This document shows positions 39,678-53,329 of a DNA stretch of 64,000 nucleotides, piece after piece. The stretch covers positions 5,146 to 69,145 of the forward strand of contig NW_021835969.1 of NCBI RefSeq assembly GCF_006345805.1, given 5' to 3'. The first letter of the stretch is position 1; the number at the start of each line of letters is the position of its first letter. Below the pieces are notes generated by a model, which was not told the origin of the DNA, ran no database searches, and was given only the letters and a program-made list of their open reading frames with translations. The translations under genes and the position numbers were made by a program. This DNA comes from Octopus sinensis (taxonomy: Eukaryota).

Positions 39678-39787
39678 TTATTATTATATCATTATTATTA
39701 TTATTATTATTATTATTTATTATTATTATTATTATTATTATAACTTTCTGTGTAAAACAATTTTATTGCATGGAATACACATTATGT

Positions 39788-39837
<50 letters not shown>

Positions 39838-41190
39838 TAACGTCGTCATCGTCGTAGTCCTCGTCCTCGTCCTCCTCCCCGTCCTCGTCGCTGTTGTGGT
39901 TGTTGTTATTATTAAGGTGATGAGTTGGCAGAGTCGATGAAATGAGCACTATTCAAGTATTAGTGTCGATGTAATCGACTGACCCCGACCTACCCAGCAA
40001 AATATCAGGCCTTGTGCCTATTGTAGAATAAGGTAGATGCACCATGTTCTTTTAACAGAAGTCAGACCTTTCTCAGCTCAGTTGCTGTGGCAAAGGGATT
40101 ATATACAACATCAAAATGGACACAAACTGATCAAATATTGTGGAAAGAAAACGAGACGACACGACGCTCATTTGCACATATTAGAATATAAAACAGGAAA
40201 AAGAAAATGGAAGAAATAGCGATGCTTTTCTTCAAAGGATTGTGATACGAAAGAAAAAGGAAATTTTAAACGAGACCATTGGTTGTTATATTTGGATATA
40301 AAATAGAAAATATTAAGAAAATATTAGGCCTTATCTATATATGTATATAAAATAAATGTTTTATTCGCAGAAATTGTCTTTGCTTTATATCCTTTCGAGG
40401 TCGATAAATTAAGTACGAGTTGAGTACCGGGGTCGATCTAATCGACTTAAGCCGCACCTCATAATGTCAGGCCTTGTGATTATAGGAGAAATGATTACTA
40501 GTCTTGTTCTTATTGTTCTTGTTCAACATTTGGTAGCTTGAGGCAAATTTCTACTGCAGCAACGGCTACATCTCCATATTGTTGGGTTGTAATGCAGTGT
40601 TTTGTCGAATTAGTATTTGTATTGTGTGTTGATTGTGTAATACCTAGGTTATCCAGCTTGCTTGTGGTAGTTTATTTCATTGGATAGTTGTTTAGGTTGT
40701 AGTATTGAATTAATCGTGTTCCTAAAATGGCTGTTTTTTCTTTTGATAGTGTGAGTGTTAAGGATTCAGATATAACGATTATTACTTTAATGATTATTAT
40801 TGGTAGCTTGAGGCAGATTTCTACTGCATTTCTTGCTACACCACCGTGTTGCTGGGGTGGGTATGTGCAACATCGTGTGTTCCTTTCTGTTGTTGGGAGT
40901 GTGGAAACTTCCCGATATTGTATTGCGCCAGTTATTTTTTCTCTTAAGATGTGGTGCAGTGTTTTTTGCATTACTGCTTGTATTGTGCATTGTATGTAAT
41001 GTGTTGGTTAAATGGGTTACTGCTGGAAGTTTTTTTTATTTCATGGGTAATTGCTGTATAAAGTGAATCTTGTGTCTATGGGTTGCTTTGTTTACGTAAT
41101 TATTCAATTGATAGTTTTTGTGGTAGGATGTGGCAATTCTTATAATAATAATAATGATAATAATAATAATAATATAATAATAATAATAAC

Positions 41191-41236
<46 letters not shown>

Positions 41237-41429
41237 GATGAAGAGAAGAAGAAGAAGAAGAAGAAGAAGAAGAAAAAAGAAAAGAGAAAAGAAAGAAGAA
41301 GAAGAAGAAGAAGAAGAGAGAAGAAGAAGAAGAAGAAGAAGAAGAAGAAGAAGAAGAGAGAAGAAGAAGAAGAAGAGAAGAAGAAGAAGAAGAAGAAAGA
41401 AGCAGAAGAAGAGAAGAAGAAGAAGAAGG

Positions 41430-41727
41430 GGCTGATTGCTACCTAATTCAGATACCAGGAAACCCCAAAATGACAGAAATTCAAAAGATAGTGCTCATGG
41501 GAACTGCTCATATCCCACGCAAAATACGTTCCATGTAATCTCAAGGTTGAAAACAAACATAATTTTTTTTTTAGATATCCACTAGTACAACACCAAAAAA
41601 AAAACAACCAAATATATGGCACACTAGGCATAACAACAATGTGAACTTCCAACCTGTTTTCTCTTGAGGTCTCTGGGTGAGACTTGGAGCCAACTTGTAC
41701 AAATATAAAGCAAAAGTGAAACATAGA
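41430..41727 (+). mobile_element. R4/Dong family 4 3' end, plus strand
   Basis: QKIVLMGTAHIPRKI..M* followed by the same 3' UTR as 27693-27900, running directly into (AAT)n. Confidence 0.85.
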
Positions 41728-41751
41728 ATAATAATAATAATAATAATAATA

Positions 41752-41794
<43 letters not shown>

Positions 41795-42184
41795 CGTTAT
41801 TATTATTACTATTATTATTATTATTAATAATAAATCTCTGAACGAGGTATAAACAGTAACTGCACGACAATGTGAGGTATATTTGCCATCTCAATATGGC
41901 TAAGCACTAAGGGTGGGTGTTACTGTAGCTTATAGCTACAGTAAGCCATATTGAGATGGCAAATATACCTCACATTATTATTGTCATTGTTTACATTTAA
42001 TCTATATGATTCTTACTATCACTCATCGAGATACACCCAGCGTCCTAGGGTGAGTGAAGGATAAGAGACCTCACAGTACGACTGAAATATAGTTGGTGTT
42101 GCTATTGTTGTTGCTGTTATTATTGTTTAGTACTTACCTATACATTTTTCATTGATCTTTTGGAATTCTTCTATGCAGCCAACA

Positions 42185-42350
42185 TAAAAAGAAAGGTGTG
42201 GCGAAAGAGTATAGCAGGGATCGCCACCACCCTCTCCCAGAGATCGTGGAGATTTTCAATAAACACTCACAACGCCCGGTCTGGGAATCGAAACCGCGAT
42301 CCTACGACCGCGAGTCCGCTGCCCTAACCACTGGGCCATTGCGCCTCCAC
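42185..42350 (-). mobile_element. tRNA-derived SINE
   Basis: Minus strand head GTGGAGGCGCAATGGCCCAGTGG (A box) ... GGTTTCGATTCC (B box). Confidence 0.75.
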
Positions 42351-42501
42351 ATTGTTCATATATAGTGATAGAAAATGAAAGGAAAAATTTCATGATAATA
42401 TTGTTCATGAATTATAATCTAGAACATAAAACGTTAAATAAAAGCTGGCCAAATGCTATGTGTAACATAACATCGGGATAGCCTTGAATACGTATTCTTA
42501 C

Positions 42502-42578
42502 CTGTACATTTTCCGTGCTTGCTAGACCATCCTTTACAGCAATTGTGACAGTGTGTACGGATTTGTTTATAAGCAATA
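42502..42578 (-). CDS. Exon encoding the C-terminal half of an EMI-like domain: IAYKQIRTHCHNCCKGWSSKHGKCT
   Basis: 77 nt, acceptor TTCTCTCTCTGAACAG, donor CAG|GTAAG, phase 2-1; splices in frame to an EGF exon giving CCKGW....GKCT-DIDEC. Confidence 0.8.
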
Positions 42579-42812
42579 CTGTTCAGAGAGAGAATGATTA
42601 AACGTATAAACAGAACGCAGTGATTCTAATTTTAGAGTAACACACACACACACACACACACACGAAATGGCAGTATTCAGTTTCCCTCTACACCACCCAC
42701 TGACACGCCTTTGGTTGTTACAGGGCTTTACTAGAATACACTTGAGACTGAACCCAAGACCACGGGTTTGGGAAGATTATTTATACGTATGTGTGTTCAA
42801 AGTTATCTATCC

Positions 42813-42884
<72 letters not shown>

Positions 42885-42969
42885 GTCTATCTCTCTATCT
42901 ATGTATATATATTTATCTATATAATATATATATTTATCTATCTATGTAATATATTTATCTATCTACCTA

Positions 42970-43032
<63 letters not shown>

Positions 43033-43076
43033 TTATCTATCTATCTATCTATCTGTCTATCTATCTGTCTATATAC

Positions 43077-43108
<32 letters not shown>

Positions 43109-43220
43109 TTTAATTTCCTTGTTAACGGTAAACAAAGATAATTCATTCATCCATTTATATATATATGTATATATATATATATATATTATATATATAATAA
43201 TAATATATATATATATAATA

Positions 43221-43252
<32 letters not shown>

Positions 43253-44136
43253 ATAGAAATATGTTAGAAAAAGAAAATAGAAACTACACGTGGGGGATTA
43301 CAACCGTGTTTCGTGGTCTGCTACCACAACAGCTCCTTTATAGGATCCAGTTAGCTCAGGACGTCATCAGGAGGAACCACGTCCGGTTCCGGCCCCTACT
43401 CCTCTACCGTTTTGACGTGGCGGCCCCACCTTTCGGAGGTGTCTTCAGCTCTGGTGTTGGGTGCATGTCTCCTTTCTTCTTTCTTCTGTTCCCTGGCATC
43501 TTCGATGTATTGTCAGCGAGTGTCAGCCGTTGACTGACTGTCTTGTCAAATTTATCCCTCTAAATACCTGCCGCCAGGCTCCAGCAGGCAGCCCCAGCAA
43601 GTTCTCACGTGACACTGTCTCACCTTAACTGACTAGTGAAGGCGCGTAGCTTCAGCCCGCACTTTTTCTAAACGACCGTCACCTGTCAGTCAGCGAAGCT
43701 GATTCAGTCAGCTTGTCCCACCTAATGATGTTATTTCCCGTCGGCGTGTTTATGACTTTCAAGCCATTGAAAGAGAAAATGTCATCTGGCTAAATATCCC
43801 CTTTAATTGTGCGATCTCGACGAATGTGTACAGTAAATTCATGTCTATATTAGAAAAATTTTTCCAACCTCTCATAAATATCATAAAATAATTTCCAAAA
43901 AATCAGTGAGAATTTCATATTCCACTCTCCCAAATATGGCTACCATAATAGTAAAAACATTAAGTTAGCCAGGAGTAGAATGAATAGTAACAACAATGAT
44001 AGTAATAATAATAGTAAAAATAGCAATAATAATAATAATGATCATAATAATAATAATAATAATAATAATTATAATAATAATTATTATCATTATTATAATA
44101 ATGGTGATAACAATAATATTAATATTGATGATGATG

Positions 44137-44184
<48 letters not shown>

Positions 44185-45209
44185 GTAATAATAATAATAG
44201 TAATAATAATAACAGCATTGGTGTAAATAGTGATAATAGCAATATCAATAATATAGGTGGTATAGATAAAAGTATGGTAGGTGATAATAATGAGGATGGA
44301 TTAATAATTAGTAACCCTACTTTGCATAACAACGTAATTACTAATAGTGAAAATAATACTAATACTAACAATAATTTAAATAACATTAATGGAAGTGAAC
44401 TGTCCTTCAATAATTCCAGTACCGGACACTATCCGCCCAGTCGTAGTTGTAGGATTAGATCAAAATGTCCGGTGTCTGGCCGTCGTTCGGTCCAAAACGT
44501 GATTTATAAATGCACGATAATAACGTCAAACAATAGCTTTCTGTATTTTGAATCTTAGTCAGTCAGTTGATGAGCTCCACTACCTCAAATGTTCTTAAAA
44601 TTTAAATCCACATCTTTGTTTATGTATCTACCTTCTCTATAATAATGCCACTTGATATGAAAATTTTTGTATTAATGGAAAACCTCTAAAATTGGCTAAT
44701 GAGTACTCGGCATTTTAATTCTGTTGTAATACTTACAACATTTAATAAAATGATGTAGTACGAAACGATCGTACCAAATTACCGGAGTCATTCTTGTTGC
44801 TTATTTTGATTATAATCACCCCACGGATTTTATAACGCCATATAGAATTCTGGTGCATCTAAATTAAGTACCATATTCATTTGAATCTAAATTTTTGCTG
44901 AACTTATATATATACATACATACTCAGTTTTACACATTTATGCATACAAACATATATGTACATACATTCATACATACATACTGACTATCCGTTTCGATAG
45001 AAATGGTGTCACTACTGGCTTAAGACTATTCGCTACAAAACCATTAAGGCCCTCCTTGACGAATAGCAAACCATCTTCCGGTAGCCATCTCGGACACCCT
45101 GGATCTCTCCTTGGGCATTCCAGAAGACCCTAGGAGAGGGAGTCTCGTTAGGGGGCCTCATAAGCTTGACTATCTATATAAATTTTTGCACACACACATA
45201 CGCGCGCGT

Positions 45210-45300
<91 letters not shown>

Positions 45301-45359
45301 AATAAGCACGTAAACAAACTGGAAAGTATATTCTTTTCTAGTCTAAGCACAAGGCCCGA

Positions 45360-45535
45360 AATCTTTTTGTGAGGGGATCGCCCTCAGCATGTAACTGGTA
45401 TTCAATTTATCGACCCCCGAAAGAATGAAAAGCAAAGTCCACCTCGGCGGAATTTGAGCTCAGAACGTAGCGGCAGACGAAACACCGCTAAGCATTTCGC
45501 CCGGCTTGCTAACGTTTCTGCCAGCTCGTTGCCTT
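45360..45535 (-). mobile_element. tRNA-derived SINE (same family as 60332-60680)
   Basis: GAGCTGGCAGAA A box and GAG(C)TCAAAT B box on the minus strand. Confidence 0.7.
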
Positions 45536-45629
45536 AGTGGGAGAGAATATTACTGGAATACCGAAGTAGAAAGATATGCCTTTTTATTAAAGCTGTACTT
45601 CCTGTGATGTTTTATAGGTTCAATAAAAA

Positions 45630-45676
<47 letters not shown>

Positions 45677-45980
45677 TATATATAAATCTATATATAATAT
45701 ATATATATATATAAATATATATATATACATATATATACATATATATATTATAGATATAGATATATAGATATATATACATATATATACACAATATATACAT
45801 ATATACACACCACATATATATATATATACATATGTATATATATATAAATATATATATAACTATATATATAAATATATATATAATATATATATATATAAAT
45901 ATATATACATATATATACATATATATATAGATATAGATATATAGATATATATGCATATATATACACACACATATATATAC

Positions 45981-46038
<58 letters not shown>

Positions 46039-46067
46039 TATATATATAATTATATATATATACATAC

Positions 46068-46109
<42 letters not shown>

Positions 46110-46355
46110 TATATATATATAATATATATATATATACACCTATATTACGTGTGTATCATTCTGGCAATGTTTGTGCATCTGCTGTCGTTCCACATGCGAG
46201 GCTGCTCCTTTTTATTTTTTGTCTCCTTAACTTAAAAGTTCTGCAAAAATGGTGGGGTGAATAAATACTTGGCTTATAAAATGCTGGGATCGATTTCTGA
46301 GACTAAAAAGCCTATAAGATGGCACTCCAGCATGACCATGCAAAATAGTAAATCA

Positions 46356-46750
46356 GGCGCAGGAGTGGCTGTGTGGTAAGTAGCTTGCTTACCAACCACA
46401 TGGTTTCAGGTTCAGTTCCACTGCTTGGCACCTTGGGCAAGTATCTTCTGCGATAGACTCGGGCCGACCAAAGCCTTGTGAGTGGATCTGGGAGATGGGA
46501 ACTGAAAGAAGCCCGTCGTATATATGTATATGTATATATATATGTGTGTTTGTGTGTCTGTGTTTGTCCCCCCAACATCGCTTGACAACCGATGCTAGTG
46601 TGTTTACGTCCCGGTCACTTAGCGGTTCGGCCAAAGAGACCGATAGAATAATTACTAGGCTTACAAAGAATAAGTCCTGGGGTCGATTTGCTCGAGTAAA
46701 GGCGGTGCTCCAGCATGACCGCAGCCAAATGACTGAAACAAGTAAAAAAG
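46356..46750 (+). mobile_element. tRNA-derived SINE with GGCACCTTGGGCAAG central domain
   Basis: A box TGGCTGTGTGG, B box GGTTCAGTTCC, internal TA/TG tract. Confidence 0.75.
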
Positions 46751-46952
46751 TAAAAGAGAGTAAAGAGTAATACTCAACCACAGACACACACACACACACA
46801 CACATACACACACACACACTCGCACACATATCATAGTAGAAGAGGACGAAAATAATGTTACCGTAGTATCTAAGGTATTGTGGATGGCGTTATTCAATAA
46901 TTTACTTTGTATAAAAATGAATAAATACCAGAAGGTTCGGCTTCGTACTTAC

Positions 46953-47033
46953 ACGTATCTTGAACGCGATCTAAGCCACCCACACGACCGTTTTTTGTAG
47001 CTCACGGTTTTAAAACACCCTCATGGACATTTT
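46953..47033 (-). CDS. Exon encoding the N-terminal half of an EMI-like domain: [25 protein letters not shown] (in-frame TGA or 1-bp indel)
   Basis: Strong acceptor TTTTTCTCCTTTCAG and donor GT|GTAAGT; ends in phase 2 and joins 42502-42578 as [17 protein letters not shown]; every frame read from the acceptor hits a stop. Confidence 0.6.
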
Positions 47034-47118
47034 CTGAAAGGAGAAAAATAGGACATATATTTCTTTATAAATACATAAGCTTATACACTCATGCACACGT
47101 ACATAGACCTATCCATAC

Positions 47119-47218
<100 letters not shown>

Positions 47219-47229
47219 ATATATATATA

Positions 47230-48135
47230 CTCTTTTACTCTTTTACCTGGCCACTGATCTAAGAGAGAGTTTGTAGCTGCTGCCCTTAGGTTACCTTCGT
47301 ACCTTGCAGTGGGTTCATCTGGGATCCCGGAAAGCAGCTTGTCTAGATGTTTTTTGAAAATGTCCACATCCGCATCATGTAGATCTCTTAGTTTTCTTGG
47401 CAGTTTGTTGAACAGCTGAGGGCCCCTGAACCCCAGGCTATTACAGTATCTGCTCCTTACCCTGGATGTGGAAGACGGGACCTTTGGCACCACACAGTGA
47501 CGTCCTGTACGGGGATTGGAACAGCTCTCAATTCCAAAATTTTGTGCTAGTCCCTCCAGGATTTTCCATATGTATATCACTGCATATCTCTCTCGTCTTC
47601 GTTCCAAGGAGTACAAATTGAGTTCCCTAAGCCTCTCCCAATAGTTCTTTTCTTTCATGGTGGAAATCCTCTTGGTGAAATGTCTTTGGATTGTCTCAAG
47701 CTCTGTGGTTAGTTTGACACTATGCGGTGACCACAGTTGGGAGCAGTAGTCCAGGCGGCTTAGGACAAATGTCCTCCATAGTGTCAACATGGTCTTGCAG
47801 TCTCTTGTCCGGAATGTCCTCAGGATCCAGCCAGTGAGTCGTCTGCACATTGTCGCCACCTTCGCGATGTGTGAAGAAAAAGATGCATCGTCACTCATGT
47901 CTATCCCCAGGTCCCGTATTGATTTCGATACTGGGATTTCGATCCCTCCTGGACCAGTATAGTTGTGTTGTAATGTATATGTGTTTACAGCTTGATATTG
48001 TAAGGCTTGAAATTTACCAGCATTAAACTGCATGTTGTTGTCTTCAGCCCATTTGTATATGGCATCCAGATCTTGTTGTAAAAGGTCAGCATCAGCTGGG
48101 TTTTTGATTGCCTGTGCTACCTTTGTGTCATCAGC
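47230..48135 (-). mobile_element. CR1-type LINE ORF2 3' fragment
   Basis: ORF 47089-48033: FNAGKFQ, RDLGI, LDYCSQLWSP, LYSLERRRERY, GPQLFNKLP, NSLLDQW. Confidence 0.85.
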
Positions 48136-48424
48136 ATATATATATATTTGAAACTGACTTATTGGAAGTCCACCTGAAGATTGTCGATCAAGACAAGAAA
48201 CAATTGTAGTGGCGGTTTTTTTTACTATTTATTAAAATTTTATGTATTGATTAAGTCTTTCCTTGTTTGTTTTGCAAAATAGTGGTTTTGTCTCTAATAA
48301 TATTTTATAATATTTTACTATAAAATTGGATTTAATCCTAAATCTGATTTTTTCCCTGTAAATTGGATTTATTCCCTAATATTTTATATATATATATATA
48401 TATATAATATATATATATATACGA

Positions 48425-48726
48425 CTAGCAGTATCGCCCGGCGTTGCTCGGGTTTGTAAGGAAAATAACTATATAAGCATTTTTAGAGAGTTACTTCCCT
48501 TATATAAACCGATCAAAAAATGCATTAAAAAAAACGAAAAATGATGGTAATTTTTTACCATCGTAGACTCATCGTAGACGAGCGCTAATACCCAGAAGGG
48601 CTCGATATGAATCACGACTATAAGATACCCGCTCTTGGTTAAACTGCACCGCAAAATGTGGGAGTAGTTAGGAATCTAATTCGGAGGAGACAGACTCTCA
48701 CACAACTTCAGTTTTATATATAAAGA
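48425..48726 (-). mobile_element. Complete non-autonomous mini-Helitron (~302 bp)
   Basis: 5' TC, 3' hairpin CCCGAGCAACGCCGGG then CTAG, inserted between A and T, no TSD. Confidence 0.8.
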
Positions 48727-48947
48727 TTTTTGTGGTTATAGAACCAAGCTGTTCTTTCTAGCATGTAGAACCTATAGTAGATTCCTTATGTGTTTAAATA
48801 TACACTATATCGTGTGTGACTAATATATAGTCATTTTGACTAAATTTTTTTAGACGTTAGACTACTGGAAATGTAAAATTTAATTAAATGTTTTTAATTT
48901 TAATTAAATTCCATTTCTCTTTGATATGATTATATATATATACAAAG

Positions 48948-48995
<48 letters not shown>

Positions 48996-49191
48996 TATAT
49001 ATACATAACATAATATGTGACAATTATTCTGTCGTTATAATAAAACTCAGAGATTTGGATGTCGAGGCGGAAGTCTGCTCCGGCATCTCGTCAGTAATTA
49101 AAACGAACAAAAATGCTATGAAAATGACCATTGAATAAAGGGAAATTACTATAAAGACAAACAAAAGAGCTATGAGAATGACCGTTAAATA

Positions 49192-49395
49192 TCTATATAT
49201 ATAAGGCTGAAGTTGCCTGTGTATATGCCAGGTTTAGTAGACTTCAACTAACACTATCTCCTCCGAGACCCTGCGGCGCAAGTTGACCAAAATTGAGAGT
49301 ATGAGAGAAGAAGGCTTGCTCTTCATTCCCTAGAACAAGAAGTTGAAATCGGACCATGTTAACACCAAAAATTAATTTACATAAAAAAGGTGCTT
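49192..49395 (+). mobile_element. Helitron 5' end fragment related to 48425-48726
   Basis: A|TCTATATATATAAGGCTGAAGTTG start resembles TCTTTATATATAAAACTGAAGTTG. Confidence 0.55.
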
Positions 49396-49399
49396 TCAT

Positions 49400-50700
49400 A
49401 GAACCATTGCCAAATAGAACGGAGGAAAGGCGAATTTATCCGGTCTTACATCAAAACACTGGATTACATAATTGAAAATTATTGTGGCAAGGCTGATGAG
49501 TATGAAGAGGTCTAAAAAGAGAAGGAAGCCGGAAGTCTCTGTGATCCAGGGGTTCCTCAGGAAAATGAATCACCTACCCCGGGGAACGACCAGGTAGTGA
49601 AGGATAGGGGAGCCAAGGGAGCAGAAACCGGGAGCCCCCCCCCCCCATGTACCAGTGGTCCTACAAAGAAATGAACAATTAGAAAAACAGAAGAAAAAAG
49701 GAAGGACCGAAAACAAAAATAAGGAGGGAAAAGGAGGAAAAGGCAAAACAACCAAAGCTGAAACCCCAACCCACCACACAAACAGCAGAGAACCCCATGG
49801 AGGATCCAATGCCACCCAGTACACTTCAGGAAAGAAGAAATCTAGAAGGCACCGAAGAACCTGTAAATTCTACCTGCGGGGCAAATGTTGGCATGGTGAA
49901 GACGGCAAAAACTGCCGGTTCGCCCACCCGACACCCCGCCAGAACTTCAGGGCACTCAAAGAGAAGAGCTTTACTGAGGGAACACAAGAAATGTCTCTCA
50001 GGAAAACTTCCAAAAACGAATGCGCTCCTCAGATGTTCTGCGCAACGCAGCAGCTGAGCAAGAGTCTTTTTTATGCATGGTGCAAAGAATTGTCCGGCAG
50101 CTAACCTGGCTACACCAAGCACAGAGAAGGAACCCTGCCCACCACTATGCAAGACCACCAAAGTCAACAGACACGGGATGGCTTCCCCTAACGCCTGCAC
50201 AGCCGCCACCCCAATACTTTTACTAAATATTGCGGGCCTGTTGCATCAAAATAGAAACAAAATTTCTTTCCTGAGAGATCTTACTGCATGCAATCAAGCC
50301 CTATGCATAGCACTTGTGGAAACTCACCTCAACCCTGATATAGAGGACGCAGAAGTACACATACCAAACTATGCCATACTGCGAACAGACAGAAGGGAAA
50401 GGAGCCATGGTGGAGTTGCTGTATAAATCCAAGATGACCTCACACCCCAGGTCTTAATGACATACTCAAATTCGGTATGTGACAGTTTAATTGTATACAT
50501 AAGACAACATAATATAGTCATATGCAATACATATTGCCCACCGAATGCCCCAAAGTTAATAGATGATATGTATCGGGAAAAATCTCGGGACCAGCTGATG
50601 CCAGTTTCGTCATTAGAACTGGAACAATCTGCTTCAGTAGTAATCAATATAACAGTAGCAGACACTACTGAAGAAGGTTCACAGTCACAAGACCTGCCCA
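49400..50700 (+). mobile_element. LINE (CR1/L2-like) 5' part: ORF1 with CCCH finger and start of the APE endonuclease
   Basis: TCKFYLRGKCWHGEDGKNCRFAHP (49655-50104); LLNIAGL..ALVETHL..YAILRTDR..HGGVAV (50073-50426). Confidence 0.75.
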
Positions 50701-51004
50701 GGGAGAGACCACCGATAGACTATATATGCACGACTCGTATATAATTATTTCCGTTGGATTCGACTCTCGGAAACATTGAACAACTAATGGTATTTGCATA
50801 CGCATACCGGCATTAATGTTTAAACTACACGAAATTTTACAATTTTAAAGTTTATGCTCTTAAAACTTTATATTTACATGTATGTGCAGCTTGTTGACAA
50901 GCATTTCTTATTAGCTTTGACGTCAAAATTTTGCAGTTTATCACTGAGCAATCCCCAAACCTTACAAATTTGAATACGAGTAAGAATATGTAATAAACAT
51001 GCAA

Positions 51005-51042
<38 letters not shown>

Positions 51043-51714
51043 AGATATGTAAAATTCCACAAATGCGGATAATACAAAATATGTGTTGAATACATGAGAC
51101 TCCAGAATCAGGTTTATACGACCAGAATGTACACACAAAAATGTGTACATTTTTTTACAAGTGTATACACATACGTCTATACACATGTGTGTGTGTGTGC
51201 TTTTTTGTATGCATGTATACGTATGTGGATGCGTGTGTATGCACAGAAAAGCCACATAATGACATAGACTGAAACAAAATATGTGCACTAACCCATGATT
51301 ATACACACAAAATACTGATTATATTTATAGAAATATTATTGTTTTCCAATCAGCGACATTTGTTTTACATTCGAACTGCGCCGTATTTATATTTTGGTCT
51401 ACGATGAATATTTGCATAATAAATGTCTAAATTAAATTACAGAAGTTCATGTTCAATACAATAGTTAGCTCAATAAACGCCAGTAGTTTCGTCGTAAACA
51501 TTATTATTTAGCCTCAAAAGGCAATTCATGACTACACATTTAGTGAATATATGGTCCTTAAGTAGGAGGTGCCCTTATTTTATGAAATGGAAATCTGTCT
51601 TTTATGGTGCTCCTGATTTTTTATCCTATTTAGAACTACAAATAACTATCCAGTACTAAATACGCGCTCTCGTAGATATACTCCCACTCTGATAAAAGAC
51701 TAACCCTGAAATAT

Positions 51715-52740
51715 ATTTATGGTAATAACAAAGAATGTTATCAAGGGGCCATGCCTGCGATTATGTTGAAAAAGTAGATTTGTCTCGCTTTGTGACAAAT
51801 AAATTCGTGAAATGAAAACCCATCTTCTTAACTGTTGCCAGTAAATATTCTGCTGTATAAAGAAGATGGTTGCACTCTTCTATAATTGTTGCTCATGTTC
51901 TATTTAGTAAACTCTTCAGGGGTCTGAGGTTTCGTTCTCACATTATAATACTCCAAACGTTCATCACCAGAATATGAGGTGGAATTCCACGTGGATTTTG
52001 TTCATTTAACAACTCCACTGGAAAATCTATAGCTCATCTTCCTCATTCAAATGATCATCATCTTGATCATGAAAATCCTCACAATCCCCTCCACCTCATC
52101 ATCTTCGTTATCATCGTCATCAATATCTGCATCCTCGTCGCTGCATCAACATCTTCATCGTAGTCATCTTCACTGTTGTCATCGTCGTCGTAGTCTTTTT
52201 CCTAGTTGTCGTCATCGTCATCAACAATTATCGAATCATTGATTTTATATATTTTCTTGATAGACCCGGTATATGAGCTGCAGAATATCATTGTTAAGTT
52301 TCAATGTTTCACAAACTTTCGAAGTCAGCACAATCAGGTAGATTCCCAATGTAAGTTATATAAATCAAAAGAGGCAGTTTGTTCATCATTGATGATGTAA
52401 CTGAATTTACAATAAATAAAGTTGACTACATCACCGACAATCATTGCTTATGGTATGGCAAGCATACAATCATTAAGCCCAGCATTGTAAGTGAAAATAA
52501 CATTCTAATATTCAAGATACAAATATGAAATCCTTCTTGCTCGCATTTCCCATTTTTACTGGGATGAAGAAGATTTTCACATATCTCTATAACGGCCAAC
52601 TCTTCGTGCAGTATTTTTATATTAACATTGCTGAATCTTCGAATTGCATTAGCTGTCTTGTGAAAGTCATCTCCAAATATCAAAAGCTTTTCATTAAATA
52701 GATGACCATTTTACATAATTTCCTTTAGAAGTTTCATCGT
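51715..52740 (-). mobile_element. Degenerate Helitron-type Pif1 helicase remnant; 51715-52285 is an inverted copy of 61443-61985
   Basis: DFPVELLNEQNPRGIPPHIL..RNL..FISRI..QFP aligns to YPVEFLNSLEPPGLPPHIL..RNL..FIPR..QFP, with stops. Confidence 0.65.
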
Positions 52741-52837
52741 TAATACGAAATGTGTTACTTGATAAGGTAGAGGATTTATCAACAATGAATGGTGGGTTAG
52801 TATTTTATCCTCGGTGCAAAGTTGGTCTTACCGTAAG

Positions 52838-53329
52838 CAGGTAATTGACTTTACAATCCCAAATGATGAGAAAATCAATATGGAAACTATACAGAAAATA
52901 GCAAAGTCCCAGGGTCTAGCCATTCAGTTATAGAGGCTAGGAAATGTGTGGATAAAATGTATCCCTGTAGCTATAAGTGCATTACGAATTATCCCTAAGG
53001 GTTTCACAAAGAAATAGAAAAACTAGGCGTAAAACCTACTTTAGTGCAGCTCCAGGAAACCGTGTTATTAGGGACAGCTAGGAAACTTAGGAAGGTTCTT
53101 CGCATATAAGGTTACTTGCTGTAGCCCGATGTTAGGAACTTTTCTTGTTCCAGTTTAATCTGTTGTGCGTAGAGGAAATAATAATCCTTACTTCTAAATA
53201 CAAATGGGCTGTTTTTCTCCTAATTTTGGTGGTGGGGACTAGATGATTACATCGACCCCAGTGTTTAACTGGTACATAATTCATCAACCCCGAAAGGATC
53301 AAATGTAAAATCGATTTCGCCGGTCTTAA

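Noticed and set aside
40500-41130. Possible APE endonuclease remnant (HGGVA) on the minus strand
   Set aside because: Too degenerate to assign.
43262-43800. GC-richer island with CTGATGA...GAAAC and TATAAAAGG on the minus strand
   Set aside because: Helices I and II do not close properly and element boundaries are undefined; at most a decayed repeat.
43980-44558. 192-aa Asn-rich ORF
   Set aside because: Mostly degenerate (AAT)n; no splice or domain support.
46149-46230. Alternative EMI-like exon ([26 protein letters not shown])
   Set aside because: Weak donor (AC|GTAATA) and phase-incompatible with 46953-47033, which has better splice sites and motif match; it remains a fallback if that exon is unused.
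42270-46420. tRNA genes at A/B-box motifs
   Set aside because: They are SINE heads without a complete cloverleaf.
51441-51501. Signal-peptide-like MFTTKLLAFIELTIVLNMNF
   Set aside because: Its phase-1 donor would create TAA on joining the canonical acceptor at 47033; no good acceptor upstream.
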